Shown here in pieces: positions 48,462-58,179 of a DNA stretch of 64,000 nucleotides. The stretch covers positions 1,088,001 through 1,152,000 of the forward strand of contig CAXXLX010000001.1 of assembly GCA_963665235.2 (NCBI GenBank), given 5' to 3'. The notes under the pieces are model-generated. The model ran no database searches and was not told the origin of the DNA. It saw only the letters and a program-made list of their open reading frames with translations. The position numbers and the translations under genes are program-made. This DNA comes from Candidatus Poribacteria bacterium (lineage in GTDB: Bacteria > Poribacteria > WGA-4E > WGA-3G). Position 1 is the stretch's first letter. Each line of letters begins with the position of its first letter.

Positions 48462-51374
48462 TTATGACTCCAGCTGCACCTTCGATTTTTTCCCACCGTG
48501 AATGCTCGGCTCTTTGGATAGCATGTTGCGAAGCAGGGCAAGCCCCTCATGCACATCGGGACGCTCTGTCTCCGTAATGCCCAGCACGTCTGATAACAGG
48601 AGTCGGTCAAGTTCGTGACGCACTGGGTCGTCATCTATCTGGTTGAACGGTAACATCTTTTGATGCTTGAGCTGATTGAAAATACGCTCGGCAGTGGTGA
48701 GTGCTTCATCGGAGAGTTTACGGACATCCAGGGTAGGCATGGCGTTAAAAGTGGCTCGACTGAGCACGCCTCGTCCCGGTTGTTGTTTACCGCTTTGATA
48801 GTAGTGACAGAGTAAACCAAGCGTTGAATTGCCCCACAAGGTCCACGCGTATTCATGGCTTTTATTATCAAAAACGACATTCGGCAGTTTATTCACGCCG
48901 ATAGCATTCTCCGCAGTAAACATCACCAATAAAGAATTCGCATTGAACCGTAATTCTGTGTTGTAATGCACGCGTCCGTTCAATTTCATGATTTTTTGAA
49001 CCTTTTCAGCCGAATTCGGTCGAGGGTGCGCGTGGGCATTCGGGGGGACAAGCATTGCGCGCTGCGTATCGGAGTCCGAATCGAGATGCCATAGACACGG
49101 ATATATTGCAGTGTCAGGACATCCGTTCTCTGCGTCAAAAGCCCCTCGGCCATCACCACCTATTATATCCTTCGTTCCAATTCCTAGCGTTGCAATTTCA
49201 GATACCGGTCGTATCATGAGTTGGATATCGGAGGTTTGTCGGGGAAGGCGTAACACGCTATGCGCGAGATGGTGGGCAGATTGAACGACGGTCATGTCTT
49301 TAACCCGTGAGAGCGGCCATCCCGCCTCGTTCTGAATAATAGGGGCGGTGATAGCGTGTCCGAGCGTCTCATCTCCTATTCTGATAGGGGTGCCCCCGCT
49401 AAGTATGTCATCGTCAAGTTGGCGCGCATCCTTAATGCGGTGGAGCTCTTTTGCAATTTCCAACGCCTCTAGCGGCCCGGCAGGACATCGCTTAAGGCAC
49501 ACGAACGTTCCCGTTCCCGTGTTTCTGTTTCTATGTCCCTTTGTAGCAATGACGAGACACTCCGCCATCTCTGTATCTGCCGAAAAGGCGCATGCCTTAA
49601 TGTCGGCATCGGCGACCGTAATGACAAGGACATTGTGATATTCTGAGGCCCATAACTTTCGCACCTTTTGCCAACTACTTCCCGTGATAGCTGTGACAGG
49701 CAGCACAAATGCCATTTTGCCGTTTCGCTTGAGCATCCTGTCTGCCAAATCGACAAAATAGGGGCCGAGTCCAGGGTTGTTTCCTGTCAGGCGGCACTTC
49801 TGTACCTTGCGCGCAGCTCGCATTTTTGCAGCCTCTTTTTTATCGCCGAAAATACTTTTGGGCATGTTAGAATTTCCATCTGCACCGCTTCGCGTATAGG
49901 GTGGATTTTGGATAACGATGTCAAATTCGCCATGTTTGAACGCATCCCGGAGCTCGGTTGTTTCAGTGCCCTGTCCAGTGGCGGTTTCTGCCGTTCCCAA
50001 TTTCAAAGGAAGTGTTCCCGCTGGGTCGCTGAGCAGATTGAGGGCCCCGATGCTGTAGAGGCCGTCTTTACGTTGTGTCCCGTAAGGCATCGTGTGGATG
50101 CGCGTGCCACCGATACGTACGTCAGGATATGTGCTGGCAATGATGGAGGCGGTCAGGTGTGCGGCGTTCGGCAAAATGTCACACCCGACGAGGTTATGCT
50201 CCATCATATATTGATGGATAGTCTCGCCTTTACCCCCCGCCTGCTCGTAAAGCATCAGCAAACGTTGGTAAACCCCGTTGAGAAGCGAACCGGTACCACA
50301 AGCGAAGTCTGCGATTTTTAGTTTTTTAGCATCTCTCTTGAGTTCTGGTAACGCGAGGGCACAGAGCAGTGCCGAGGATTCGGGACGGGTGTAGTTCGCC
50401 TTGAGAATTTTCCGATTGGCGATGAGTTTCTGGAAGACGATGCCCGCGAGTTCATGTTCCTGTGCAAGCCCCATCTTCTCTAATTCACGGGCGGTATCGC
50501 GCAGCACGCTCAACACCTCACCGACAAGTTTATCATCGGCTGCAAGCACTTCGACGAGATTGTAGGCGACGTTGAAAATCGGGGCATAATTCACCTTTTG
50601 AATGTCCCGCCATGCGCGCAGGACTTCGTCTGAATCGAGCTGCCCATAATCAGCAGTAAGTTCACTGAGAGAGGGGATAGTTTCCAGGTCCGGCTTGCGT
50701 GCGAGGGAGCTCTGAAACACCAGCGCGTTGCTGATGATAAGCATCGCCATCTGTGTTGCCTGTTTGCCGGGCTCCTGTACGAGAAGTTGTGCTATTTTTT
50801 CGCCGATATGTGGTCGCTGTTGAATTGCGCTGTTCACGATAACGGCGGCGCGGTAGATACCGTTTTCTAACACTTCGGCGGCTCTCTCTATTTTGGCAAT
50901 AGGGGTTGCCCCGATGCGGATAGCGGTTGCAATGTCGGCGATGCTGCCTTGAAGCCAACCTTTTTTGGGAAATCTGTAGGGTTCATCAACGCTTAGCAGT
51001 GTGTATGCGAAATCTTTTGCCTTTTCTAAGTGCTCGCGTATTTCGGGGCGCGGCATTGTGCGGAACCTATGTGGTACGCGGATTGCTATTGCACTATTAA
51101 GCGTTTCCCGTGTCATGCCGAGTGTTTTACCAAGGTATTGTTCACGGGCCTGTTTTTCACCGGTTTCATTGGGCCCGCGCTGGGTGTCGATTTTGACTTC
51201 AACCGCCATCGGGTATCGTTCGATTGTGCGGATGATGGCATCCGGTTTGCTCTGATTTTCTACGAACGGTTTTGTTGTCTGCTCGTGGATATGCCACGTG
51301 GCACTCATCGGCATCAGGATTTCGACAAATAGGGTGGTGATAGTGTTTTCACTGTTGGTGTGTTGGTGGTTCAT
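48462..51374 (-). CDS. Type IIG-like restriction-modification fusion (PD-(D/E)XK plus N6-adenine MTase)
   Basis: KPDAII..AVEVK nuclease-like N-terminus; DFACGTG motif I; NPPY motif IV. Confidence 0.78.
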   Translation of the reverse strand: MNHQHTNSENTITTLFVEILMPMSATWHIHEQTTKPFVENQSKPDAIIRTIERYPMAVEVKIDTQRGPNETGEKQAREQYLGKTLGMTRETLNSAIAIRVPHRFRTMPRPEIREHLEKAKDFAYTLLSVDEPYRFPKKGWLQGSIADIATAIRIGATPIAKIERAAEVLENGIYRAAVIVNSAIQQRPHIGEKIAQLLVQEPGKQATQMAMLIISNALVFQSSLARKPDLETIPSLSELTADYGQLDSDEVLRAWRDIQKVNYAPIFNVAYNLVEVLAADDKLVGEVLSVLRDTARELEKMGLAQEHELAGIVFQKLIANRKILKANYTRPESSALLCALALPELKRDAKKLKIADFACGTGSLLNGVYQRLLMLYEQAGGKGETIHQYMMEHNLVGCDILPNAAHLTASIIASTYPDVRIGGTRIHTMPYGTQRKDGLYSIGALNLLSDPAGTLPLKLGTAETATGQGTETTELRDAFKHGEFDIVIQNPPYTRSGADGNSNMPKSIFGDKKEAAKMRAARKVQKCRLTGNNPGLGPYFVDLADRMLKRNGKMAFVLPVTAITGSSWQKVRKLWASEYHNVLVITVADADIKACAFSADTEMAECLVIATKGHRNRNTGTGTFVCLKRCPAGPLEALEIAKELHRIKDARQLDDDILSGGTPIRIGDETLGHAITAPIIQNEAGWPLSRVKDMTVVQSAHHLAHSVLRLPRQTSDIQLMIRPVSEIATLGIGTKDIIGGDGRGAFDAENGCPDTAIYPCLWHLDSDSDTQRAMLVPPNAHAHPRPNSAEKVQKIMKLNGRVHYNTELRFNANSLLVMFTAENAIGVNKLPNVVFDNKSHEYAWTLWGNSTLGLLCHYYQSGKQQPGRGVLSRATFNAMPTLDVRKLSDEALTTAERIFNQLKHQKMLPFNQIDDDPVRHELDRLLLSDVLGITETERPDVHEGLALLRNMLSKEPSIHGGKKSKVQLES

Positions 51375-51449
51375 GGGTTTTCCCTATTTTACGACTTGTG
51401 CCAGTTAATTAATTGTTTTTGTTGTTTTCACAGATATTTGACATCCATA

Positions 51450-52290
51450 TAAACATATCGTCCCTACCGGACTAAGAGGAGGACAGAAACCGTCGCTTCT
51501 ATAAATATACTGTAGTTTGGGCAATATCTGTGAGCCTGATGCCCGATTTTCAAAGCATTTCTGATTTTTTCTCACAGTTGCTCACACAAGGACAACTTGT
51601 AGAAAATAGACTCGAATGCACGGAAGCGCAGCCCCAGCGGGGCGGAATGTTTATAGAAGAACGCAACCCCCTCACAACCTAGCCCCAGCGGGGCGGAATG
51701 TTTATAGAAGGACGCAAACCCCTCACAACCTAGCCCCAGCGGGGCGGAATGTTTATAGATTTTACCAAACCCCGCTTCTTTCCGCGTTCTCCGTGTTCTC
51801 CGTGCCTGCCGTGATTCAGACAACACACGCCAAATCCACCCTTCCAAACTTCCACCCTTCCCTTTGACAAAAACGTTGCCTGCTCCTAAAATTGTCCAAA
51901 GTTTAGTAAATATAACGCCCATATTGGGCTAAGAAGGGAGGGTGTGTGTCACGCTATAAACATAACGCCCATACTGGGCTAAGAGGAGGGGCGTTTTGGG
52001 TTTCTATAAAAATATCGTCCCTACGGGACTAAGAGGAGGGGCGGAAACCATCGCACCTATAAATATATCGTCCCTACGGGACTAAGAGGAGGACAGAAAC
52101 AACCGCACCTTGTTCTTTTCATTATTCCGCTCCAGCGGAGCGAGCCGTGAACACGATGAATCAGATAAATTTGGTATAAGAGGAGGGGCGGAAACCATCG
52201 CACCTATAAATATATCGTCCCTACGGGACTAAGAGGAGGACAGAAACAACCGCACCTATAAACATACCGCCCATACTGGGCTAAGAGGAG
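51450..52290. repeat. Cluster of REP-like hairpin units in both orientations
   Basis: Three 51-bp units AGCCCCAGCGGGGCGGAATGTTTATAG (51630-51760); about six CTATAAA..G(T/C)CC..GG(A/G)CTAAGAGGAGG units (51905-52290). Confidence 0.85.
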
Positions 52291-52297
52291 GTCGGTC

Positions 52298-53245
52298 TTA
52301 GCTTCGCCACCATCTCTTTTTTCCCTGATAGGCGGCAAGACGTTTTGAAATCGCTTTGTCCTTTTTGTTGAGACGCAATACCGCCTCACATGCTTCAATT
52401 ACCTTCTGCCTGTCGGAATCGGCATTGGTTGTTTGATAAATATGATGATAACTCTCCGCAATGGCAGTGTAATACTCTACCGGAACGACATCTGGCGGCA
52501 CTTCGGTTGGAAGTTGGACAATCAAAGCGACCGCTTCAGCCCACGCCTCAGCCTTGGCGTGACAGATAACCTGATGATATAAAGGGGTAGGGGTGGAGTC
52601 GTCAAGCCAATACGCCTGCACATAGCACGTAAGAGCATCGGGGTAGGCGGCATTGTCTACATGCAACTGGGCAAGTGCCATATAGAAGGCATATAACCCA
52701 CTATCCGCAATAGTGTAAAGTTCCGGGTCGGTGTTAGCAAGCCAGGCTCTCTCTAATAAAAATTCAATTGCCGAATTTCGCTCCGAGTCGGTGATACGGA
52801 TATCGGTGAGGAGGTGTTTGGCAACAGCAGCGTTCGGAAAAATTTTGGTCCGACTTTTCATTAGCGGGTACGCTTGCACCGGTTTGTCCATGGTGAGGAG
52901 TTTGATACCGGTTGCAATGCGGAAAAGAGAGACGATTTGGTCACCGTTCTGGCGCGACATTTCATCTACAACCTGTTCCCGATTTTGTGAGAAGTGAAGA
53001 TTGAGAGCCTCAAGTGCCTCTCGGATGTTAACATTTTCTGGGTTCAACTGATGGGCCTGTGTCAAGAAACGTTGCGCTGCGAGGAGCTCCCCCCACTCTT
53101 GATAGATACATCCGAGTCGAAAGGTGGCATGGGCGCGCGTTTCAACACCCGTTTCACATCGGATAACGTCAGCGTAAACCTGTATGGCTTGTGCAAGGTG
53201 TCCATCAGCTTCTAAAGTCTCAGCACTGTCAATCAGATTTTTCAT
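52298..53245 (-). CDS. TPR-repeat protein
   Basis: Helical repeats FRLGCIY, ALAQLH, AIAESY. Confidence 0.7.
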   Translation of the reverse strand: MKNLIDSAETLEADGHLAQAIQVYADVIRCETGVETRAHATFRLGCIYQEWGELLAAQRFLTQAHQLNPENVNIREALEALNLHFSQNREQVVDEMSRQNGDQIVSLFRIATGIKLLTMDKPVQAYPLMKSRTKIFPNAAVAKHLLTDIRITDSERNSAIEFLLERAWLANTDPELYTIADSGLYAFYMALAQLHVDNAAYPDALTCYVQAYWLDDSTPTPLYHQVICHAKAEAWAEAVALIVQLPTEVPPDVVPVEYYTAIAESYHHIYQTTNADSDRQKVIEACEAVLRLNKKDKAISKRLAAYQGKKRWWRS

Positions 53246-53305
53246 GGCGAATTCCCTTCAACACGGAGGTTTTGTCGGATTTTTCTCAGAGTTCCCAATA
53301 GCTAC

Positions 53306-53366
53306 TCTTCTGTAGGAGCGAGCTGTGCTCGCGACCTCTTCTGTAGGAACGTGCTGTGCAAGCGAC
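53306..53366 (+). repeat. Two tandem GTAG-REP units
   Basis: CTCTTCTGTAGGAGCGAGCTGTGCTCGCGAC-like x2. Confidence 0.7.
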
Positions 53367-53374
53367 GGTTTCCG

Positions 53375-54319
53375 TTACAGTAATTTTAGACACATAACCT
53401 CTAGGACCAATATTTTGTTAACGCGGGTGTTCTGAAGCAGCGTCTTTGCTTGAAAAACAGTTTTGATAGCTCGCTGGAGGCGCGAACGGGAGTAGCGAGG
53501 AACGAGGGTTTTAAGTTCCTCCAGGGTACTGACGTGCGTTATTAACTCCGTAGGTGCCCCTTGCTGCAAAAACAGAAGGTCTCGGTACCACGTTATCAAC
53601 TCGTCTAGGGTTTCCTGATTTTTTTCAAATTGTTCTGCCAATCGGAAGGCGGCTAATGGGTCGGTCTCCTTTAGGATTTCTGGAACGACCTCATTTTCAA
53701 GCATATCCCCTTCAAGTTGTGTGATAGCTTTTCCGACTAAACCGTTTACCATTCCCGCCACGGTGGCAGCCGTTTCTTTATCAACAGGAAATCGTTTCAT
53801 TAAGGCTTCGGTTAATTCGTCAAGGGGCATCGGATAAAATTGGAGAATTTGACAACGGGACCGAATTGTCGGCAGGATAACTTCAAGATTTTCTGTCAAC
53901 AAAATCAAAGTTGATGAAGCCGGGGGTTCCTCAAGTGTTTTAAGCAAGGAATTTGCAGCGTATTCATTCATCCGTTCCGCGTTGGTTAGAATGTAAACTT
54001 TCCGTGGCCCCTCAAGCGGTTGATAGATAATTTGCTGCTGTATTTCACGAATCTGATCGATTTTCATCTGTCCGCCGGCCGGTCGAACAATTTGCAAGTC
54101 CGGATGGTTCCCGTTTTTTATCTTCCTGCAAGGGAGGCATTCTCTGCACGGTGCAGTGCCCGCCATCCTTTGTTCACACAAAATCAAATTTGCGAAGTAG
54201 GCAGCGACTGTCTCCTTACCCACACCGGCTAGCCCGGCAAAGAGATACGCGCCAGCAACACGTTCCGAAGCGACAGCACTATGGAGCTGCTCTATAATGT
54301 TTTGATGCCCTATTATCAT
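53375..54319 (-). CDS. holB: DNA polymerase III subunit delta'
   Basis: IIGHQ, AYLFAG, C..C..C zinc module, HPD, ANSLLKTLEEP, TIRSRC; downstream of tmk; current ATG lies inside the inserted element. Confidence 0.92.
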   Translation of the reverse strand: MIIGHQNIIEQLHSAVASERVAGAYLFAGLAGVGKETVAAYFANLILCEQRMAGTAPCRECLPCRKIKNGNHPDLQIVRPAGGQMKIDQIREIQQQIIYQPLEGPRKVYILTNAERMNEYAANSLLKTLEEPPASSTLILLTENLEVILPTIRSRCQILQFYPMPLDELTEALMKRFPVDKETAATVAGMVNGLVGKAITQLEGDMLENEVVPEILKETDPLAAFRLAEQFEKNQETLDELITWYRDLLFLQQGAPTELITHVSTLEELKTLVPRYSRSRLQRAIKTVFQAKTLLQNTRVNKILVLEVMCLKLL

Positions 54320-54746
54320 AATATTCGGTGTCAAAACCCCCAAGCTTTAGCTGGGGGATGTAGACACCGCTAAAAACTTTGATTGCACACTAAACCTTTT
54401 AGACTATTTTTCGTTTAAATAGTTAGAGTGTACGGTTGCTATAGAGGGCAGTTACGCGCCTCATGATTAGACTTCCTATAGTGTAAAGCTCTAATGTCGT
54501 AGTCAGAAAGTGTAGCATGACAGTCGTTAGTAGGGAAAGACAGGTAATGCTGAAACCCGTTTGAACAATACGACTCAAAACAAATTTCACAAGGACACTT
54601 CGGTGTCGCAGTCGGGGTAGCGACTGTTGCAGTAGGCTTCTGTCCCTGGAGAACCGCTATAGGTTTTCTAAACAAGGTCGTTAATCGCACGAACGCTTTC
54701 GCATAACTTTGCGGAAGCCCCCTTGCTTTAGCTGGGGGTCTATCAC
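54317..54746 (+). mobile_element. Non-autonomous IS200/IS605-type element (430 bp, no transposase or tnpB)
   Basis: Follows TTAT; AAAA plus CCCCCAAGCTTTAGCTGGGGG left hairpin; GAAG plus CCCCCTTGCTTTAGCTGGGGG-TCTA-TCAC right end; removal restores holB MHNT-IIGHQ in frame. Confidence 0.85.
54435..54746 (+). ncRNA. Putative structured ncRNA inside the non-autonomous element
   Basis: GACAC-TTCG-GTGTC, GCAGTCG/CGACTGT, GAGAACC/GGTTTTC hairpins; long-range GTCGTA/TACGAC pair; boundaries approximate. Confidence 0.55.
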
Positions 54747-54775
54747 GGTATTGTGCATCTCTTTGTCCGTGAGTT

Positions 54776-55405
54776 TCAATTTGTCCGCAGTGATTTGATA
54801 ACTTTTTCCGTTTCTGTTAGGAGCATAAGGTGAATGTCATCAACGTCAAGTTGTGCATCGATTAGTTTGACCCGCTGTGGGTCCGCTGCTGCGATGGCTA
54901 GATACCCCTCCCTCACCTTTTCATGCGACGCTAACGCCTCAAGCTCTATGCGGGTAAGGGGTTCCGCTGATTCCCGTTTCCGCTGGCATCCAATATCTGG
55001 GGGCAGGTCAAGTAGAAATGTTCTGTCCGGGGTTAATCCGGCTGTGGCAATATGGTTTACCTGCTCTATAAGCGGACAGTCAATCCCCTTGCGATATCCC
55101 TGATAAGCGATGGTAGCATCGATGAACCGGTCGCAGATAACAGTCCGTCCAGCGTTGAGTGCCGGCTGGATACGCTCGGTGACGTGCTGGGCGCGTGCGG
55201 CAGCAATTAGCAGCAATTCGGTTACGGCTGCCATGTCGTGATGTGTAAAAAAGAGTTCACGAATCTGTTCGGACAGCGGTGTGCCGCCGGGTTCCCGCGT
55301 AACAAGAACATCTCCGTCGAGTGCTTCTGCTAATCGGTGTGCCTGCGTTGTTTTGCCAGCCCCCTCTACACCTTCTAATGTGATAAAAATTCCTCTGTGT
55401 TTCAT
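54776..55405 (-). CDS. tmk: Thymidylate kinase
   Basis: FITLEGVEGAGKTT, TREPGG, CDRF, AYQG; start set at MKHRG. Confidence 0.95.
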   Translation of the reverse strand: MKHRGIFITLEGVEGAGKTTQAHRLAEALDGDVLVTREPGGTPLSEQIRELFFTHHDMAAVTELLLIAAARAQHVTERIQPALNAGRTVICDRFIDATIAYQGYRKGIDCPLIEQVNHIATAGLTPDRTFLLDLPPDIGCQRKRESAEPLTRIELEALASHEKVREGYLAIAAADPQRVKLIDAQLDVDDIHLMLLTETEKVIKSLRTN

Positions 55406-55581
55406 TGTTTTAAAATGATACCATATTGTGCCAAACGTATCAAGCAAAATTTTCTAGGAATTTCAATTTTCTTGACATAAACATATATTCCATGCTATTA
55501 TAAAAAAACGGTTTAACGGTTTAGTTGTATTAACAGATTTAGGCAATTTGCTAAGCAGCAAGGAGCGGAAGTTCAAATCCA

Positions 55582-58179
55582 ATGAGACAGAGTATCCAGA
55601 AAATAAGAACAGAATGGTGCCCCAAGCAACCAGACATTGACGTAAGTCTTGCACTTGCAGCCGAACTCGGGCTTTCCCCGCTAGTCGCCTGTCTACTTGT
55701 CAATCGTGGCATTAAGACAGCACAGCAGGCGAAAACTTATTTGGAGCCGACCTTTGCCGACCTACACTCCCCGTTCGATATGGCTGATATGGGGAAAGCG
55801 GTGGAGCGTATCCGGCGAGCGATAGAAAACGGTGAGCAGATTTACATTTATGGCGATTTTGATGCGGATGGAACAACATCGACTGCTCTCCTGCTAAATG
55901 TGTTTCGGCATCTGGATGTCTCTGCTAACTATCACATTCCTAATCGATTCACTGATGGCTATGGGCTTAATAAAAAGGCGGTTGAAAAGATATGTAAAGA
56001 TGGGGGCAACCTGTTAATTACGGTCGATTGCGGCATTCGTTCAATAGATGAAATTGAACGCGCAAATGAACTCGGCATGGATGTGATTCTTACCGACCAT
56101 CATCAGCCGCCTGAAGGCTTCCCGCCGCCTGCACACGCTATTATTTCGCCGAAGGTAGAAGGAAACGAATACCCTTACGCGGATTTAGCAGGGGTCGGGT
56201 TAGCTTTCAAAATGGCGCAAGCATTGATAGAAAACGATGAACCGTTTCTCGTTTCACTGCTAGATTTGGTCGTGTTAGGCACAGTGGCAGACATAACCCC
56301 GCTCACGGGGGAAAATCGCACGTTAACTCGCCTCGGGCTAACAGAAATTAATAAGCGGAACCGGCCCGGTATTGAGGCATTGTGCAATGTGGCGGGGTAC
56401 CAGGACAAGCCGCTTGTCGGACAGTCGCTCTCATTTGGCCTGGGACCCCGGATAAATGCAGCGGGACGAGTCGCTACCGCACAAAAAGCGGTTGAACTGC
56501 TGACAACCGAATCCAGCGAAACTGCCCAAAAACTTGCAGCGGAGTTAGACGGTTACAACGAAGAACGTAAAGAGATTGTAAATGAGATTCAGGAAGAAGC
56601 TGTAGAGCACCTTGAAAAAGATAAAAAATTAGAGCAGAACACCGGATTGGTAGTGGAGGGTGAATGGTCTGAGAAAGCACAAGGCGTTGTCGGAATTGTT
56701 GCATCACGCCTAGTTAATCAATACTACCGGCCTGTTTTCGTTCTCGCTATTAATGGGGACGAGGCAACCGGGTCAGGCCGTTGTATTGAGGGTATGAATC
56801 TCGCGGACAGTTTGACCAGCTGCGCCAATTTACTGATTAAATACGGCGGGCACGCGGCAGCAGCGGGGGTTACGCTGAAAACTAAAAATATCGCTCAGTT
56901 CGAAAAGGCATTTAACGAATACGCGTGCGAAAATCTCACCGAAGCTGACTTAAAACCGAAGCTGACTCTGGATTTTGAAACAGAGCTCGCGGCTCTAACG
57001 TTAGAAACCTTAGAACAATTTGAAAAATTGGAACCGTTTGGGGAGCAAAATCGTGCCCCCTGTTTCTCAAAGATGGGGGCGGCGATTAAAGGGAACCCCA
57101 CAGCGATGGGGAAAAAAAAGAAAGAACACCTCAAGATGTTTGTCAGCGATAGCAGCAACGGCCCCCCTAAAAAGGCAATCGGCTGGCGGAAAGCGGAATA
57201 CATCACATCTCTCAAAAATCGTAATATCTCGTTAGATATCGCATTTTCACCAAGTATCAATGAATATCAGGGAGTTCGCTCGGTCCAACTTACTCTCGAA
57301 GACTTTCATATCCATACAGCAAACCGGGCACCTAACTTAACACTCTTTCCGCCTGGCGATAAGCCTGCTTCTGTCCGAGTTGTTGACCATCGCAATCAGC
57401 CAAAAAAGGATTACCTTTTAAACTTGATTAAAACAGGCGAACCGAGTATAATCTATGTACAAAGCTCAGAGAAACAGGCACAATTGTTGACAAAGGTTAT
57501 CCCTGAAAAGTCGGCAGTTATCGGTCGACACGACGCGACAACCTCGGAGGCGGAAGAGATTGCTTTATTGAAAAAACTTGAAAGTGGCGAGCTGCATGCA
57601 GCTGTTTCCGATACAACGTTTTCTGATGCAGCCCTAGAAGCGGTGCCTATTGTAAAGCATTTAGTGTTTTGCCATCTTGTACCCCAGCGCGAATGTTTTT
57701 TCAGGAAATGCCGACCCGCAGCAAGTTCTAAAGAGACGACACGCATCCATCTCATCTATAATAAGGATTCAGATGTGGCGTTGCTAACGGAGTGGGTGCT
57801 GCGAAAATATCCAGATGATAACGCGCTCCGGGCATTTTACAAAAAATTAAAAGAGATAGCCGGCACCGATTTCATCGACTTGGAAACGTTTACAGATGCC
57901 TTGGGAACTGATTCGGAGTGTGCAATTGAAACCGGGCTTACTATCTTCGAAGAGCTACAATTGCTTGAACAGAAGACCGTGGCGGGACAATCCCAGGTAA
58001 AAGTCCTACCCGCCAAGAAAACGGGATTAGATAGGTCAAAAACGTATCTTAAATGTCAATGGCTTAGGCAGACATGTCGGACGTTTTTGAAGTTTCAACG
58101 TCAGGAAAACATCGAACAAATTTGGAGACAGGTAAAAGATGAGTGTAGAATCCCTGATTCAGAAGATTCAGAAACATAA
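55582..58179 (+). CDS. recJ: ssDNA exonuclease RecJ with long C-terminal extension
   Basis: GDFDADG, TVDCG, TDHH, GPRINAAGR, GGHAAAAG. Confidence 0.94.
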   Translation: MRQSIQKIRTEWCPKQPDIDVSLALAAELGLSPLVACLLVNRGIKTAQQAKTYLEPTFADLHSPFDMADMGKAVERIRRAIENGEQIYIYGDFDADGTTSTALLLNVFRHLDVSANYHIPNRFTDGYGLNKKAVEKICKDGGNLLITVDCGIRSIDEIERANELGMDVILTDHHQPPEGFPPPAHAIISPKVEGNEYPYADLAGVGLAFKMAQALIENDEPFLVSLLDLVVLGTVADITPLTGENRTLTRLGLTEINKRNRPGIEALCNVAGYQDKPLVGQSLSFGLGPRINAAGRVATAQKAVELLTTESSETAQKLAAELDGYNEERKEIVNEIQEEAVEHLEKDKKLEQNTGLVVEGEWSEKAQGVVGIVASRLVNQYYRPVFVLAINGDEATGSGRCIEGMNLADSLTSCANLLIKYGGHAAAAGVTLKTKNIAQFEKAFNEYACENLTEADLKPKLTLDFETELAALTLETLEQFEKLEPFGEQNRAPCFSKMGAAIKGNPTAMGKKKKEHLKMFVSDSSNGPPKKAIGWRKAEYITSLKNRNISLDIAFSPSINEYQGVRSVQLTLEDFHIHTANRAPNLTLFPPGDKPASVRVVDHRNQPKKDYLLNLIKTGEPSIIYVQSSEKQAQLLTKVIPEKSAVIGRHDATTSEAEEIALLKKLESGELHAAVSDTTFSDAALEAVPIVKHLVFCHLVPQRECFFRKCRPAASSKETTRIHLIYNKDSDVALLTEWVLRKYPDDNALRAFYKKLKEIAGTDFIDLETFTDALGTDSECAIETGLTIFEELQLLEQKTVAGQSQVKVLPAKKTGLDRSKTYLKCQWLRQTCRTFLKFQRQENIEQIWRQVKDECRIPDSEDSET

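Noticed and set aside
51905-52290. Degenerate CRISPR array
   Set aside because: The repeats themselves vary with stem covariation and the linkers are related or duplicated, which fits a REP cluster
54439-54690. 83-aa ORF inside the element
   Set aside because: No recognisable motif or RBS; overlaps predicted RNA helices
54317-54746. Group I intron (IStron) spliced from the holB mRNA on the minus strand
   Set aside because: GACTA/TAGTC and a terminal G are present, but the 5' exon ends in C, the P7 bulge context is imperfect, and the UUCG loop and most G-U pairs favour the + strand; not excluded without cmsearch or RT-PCR
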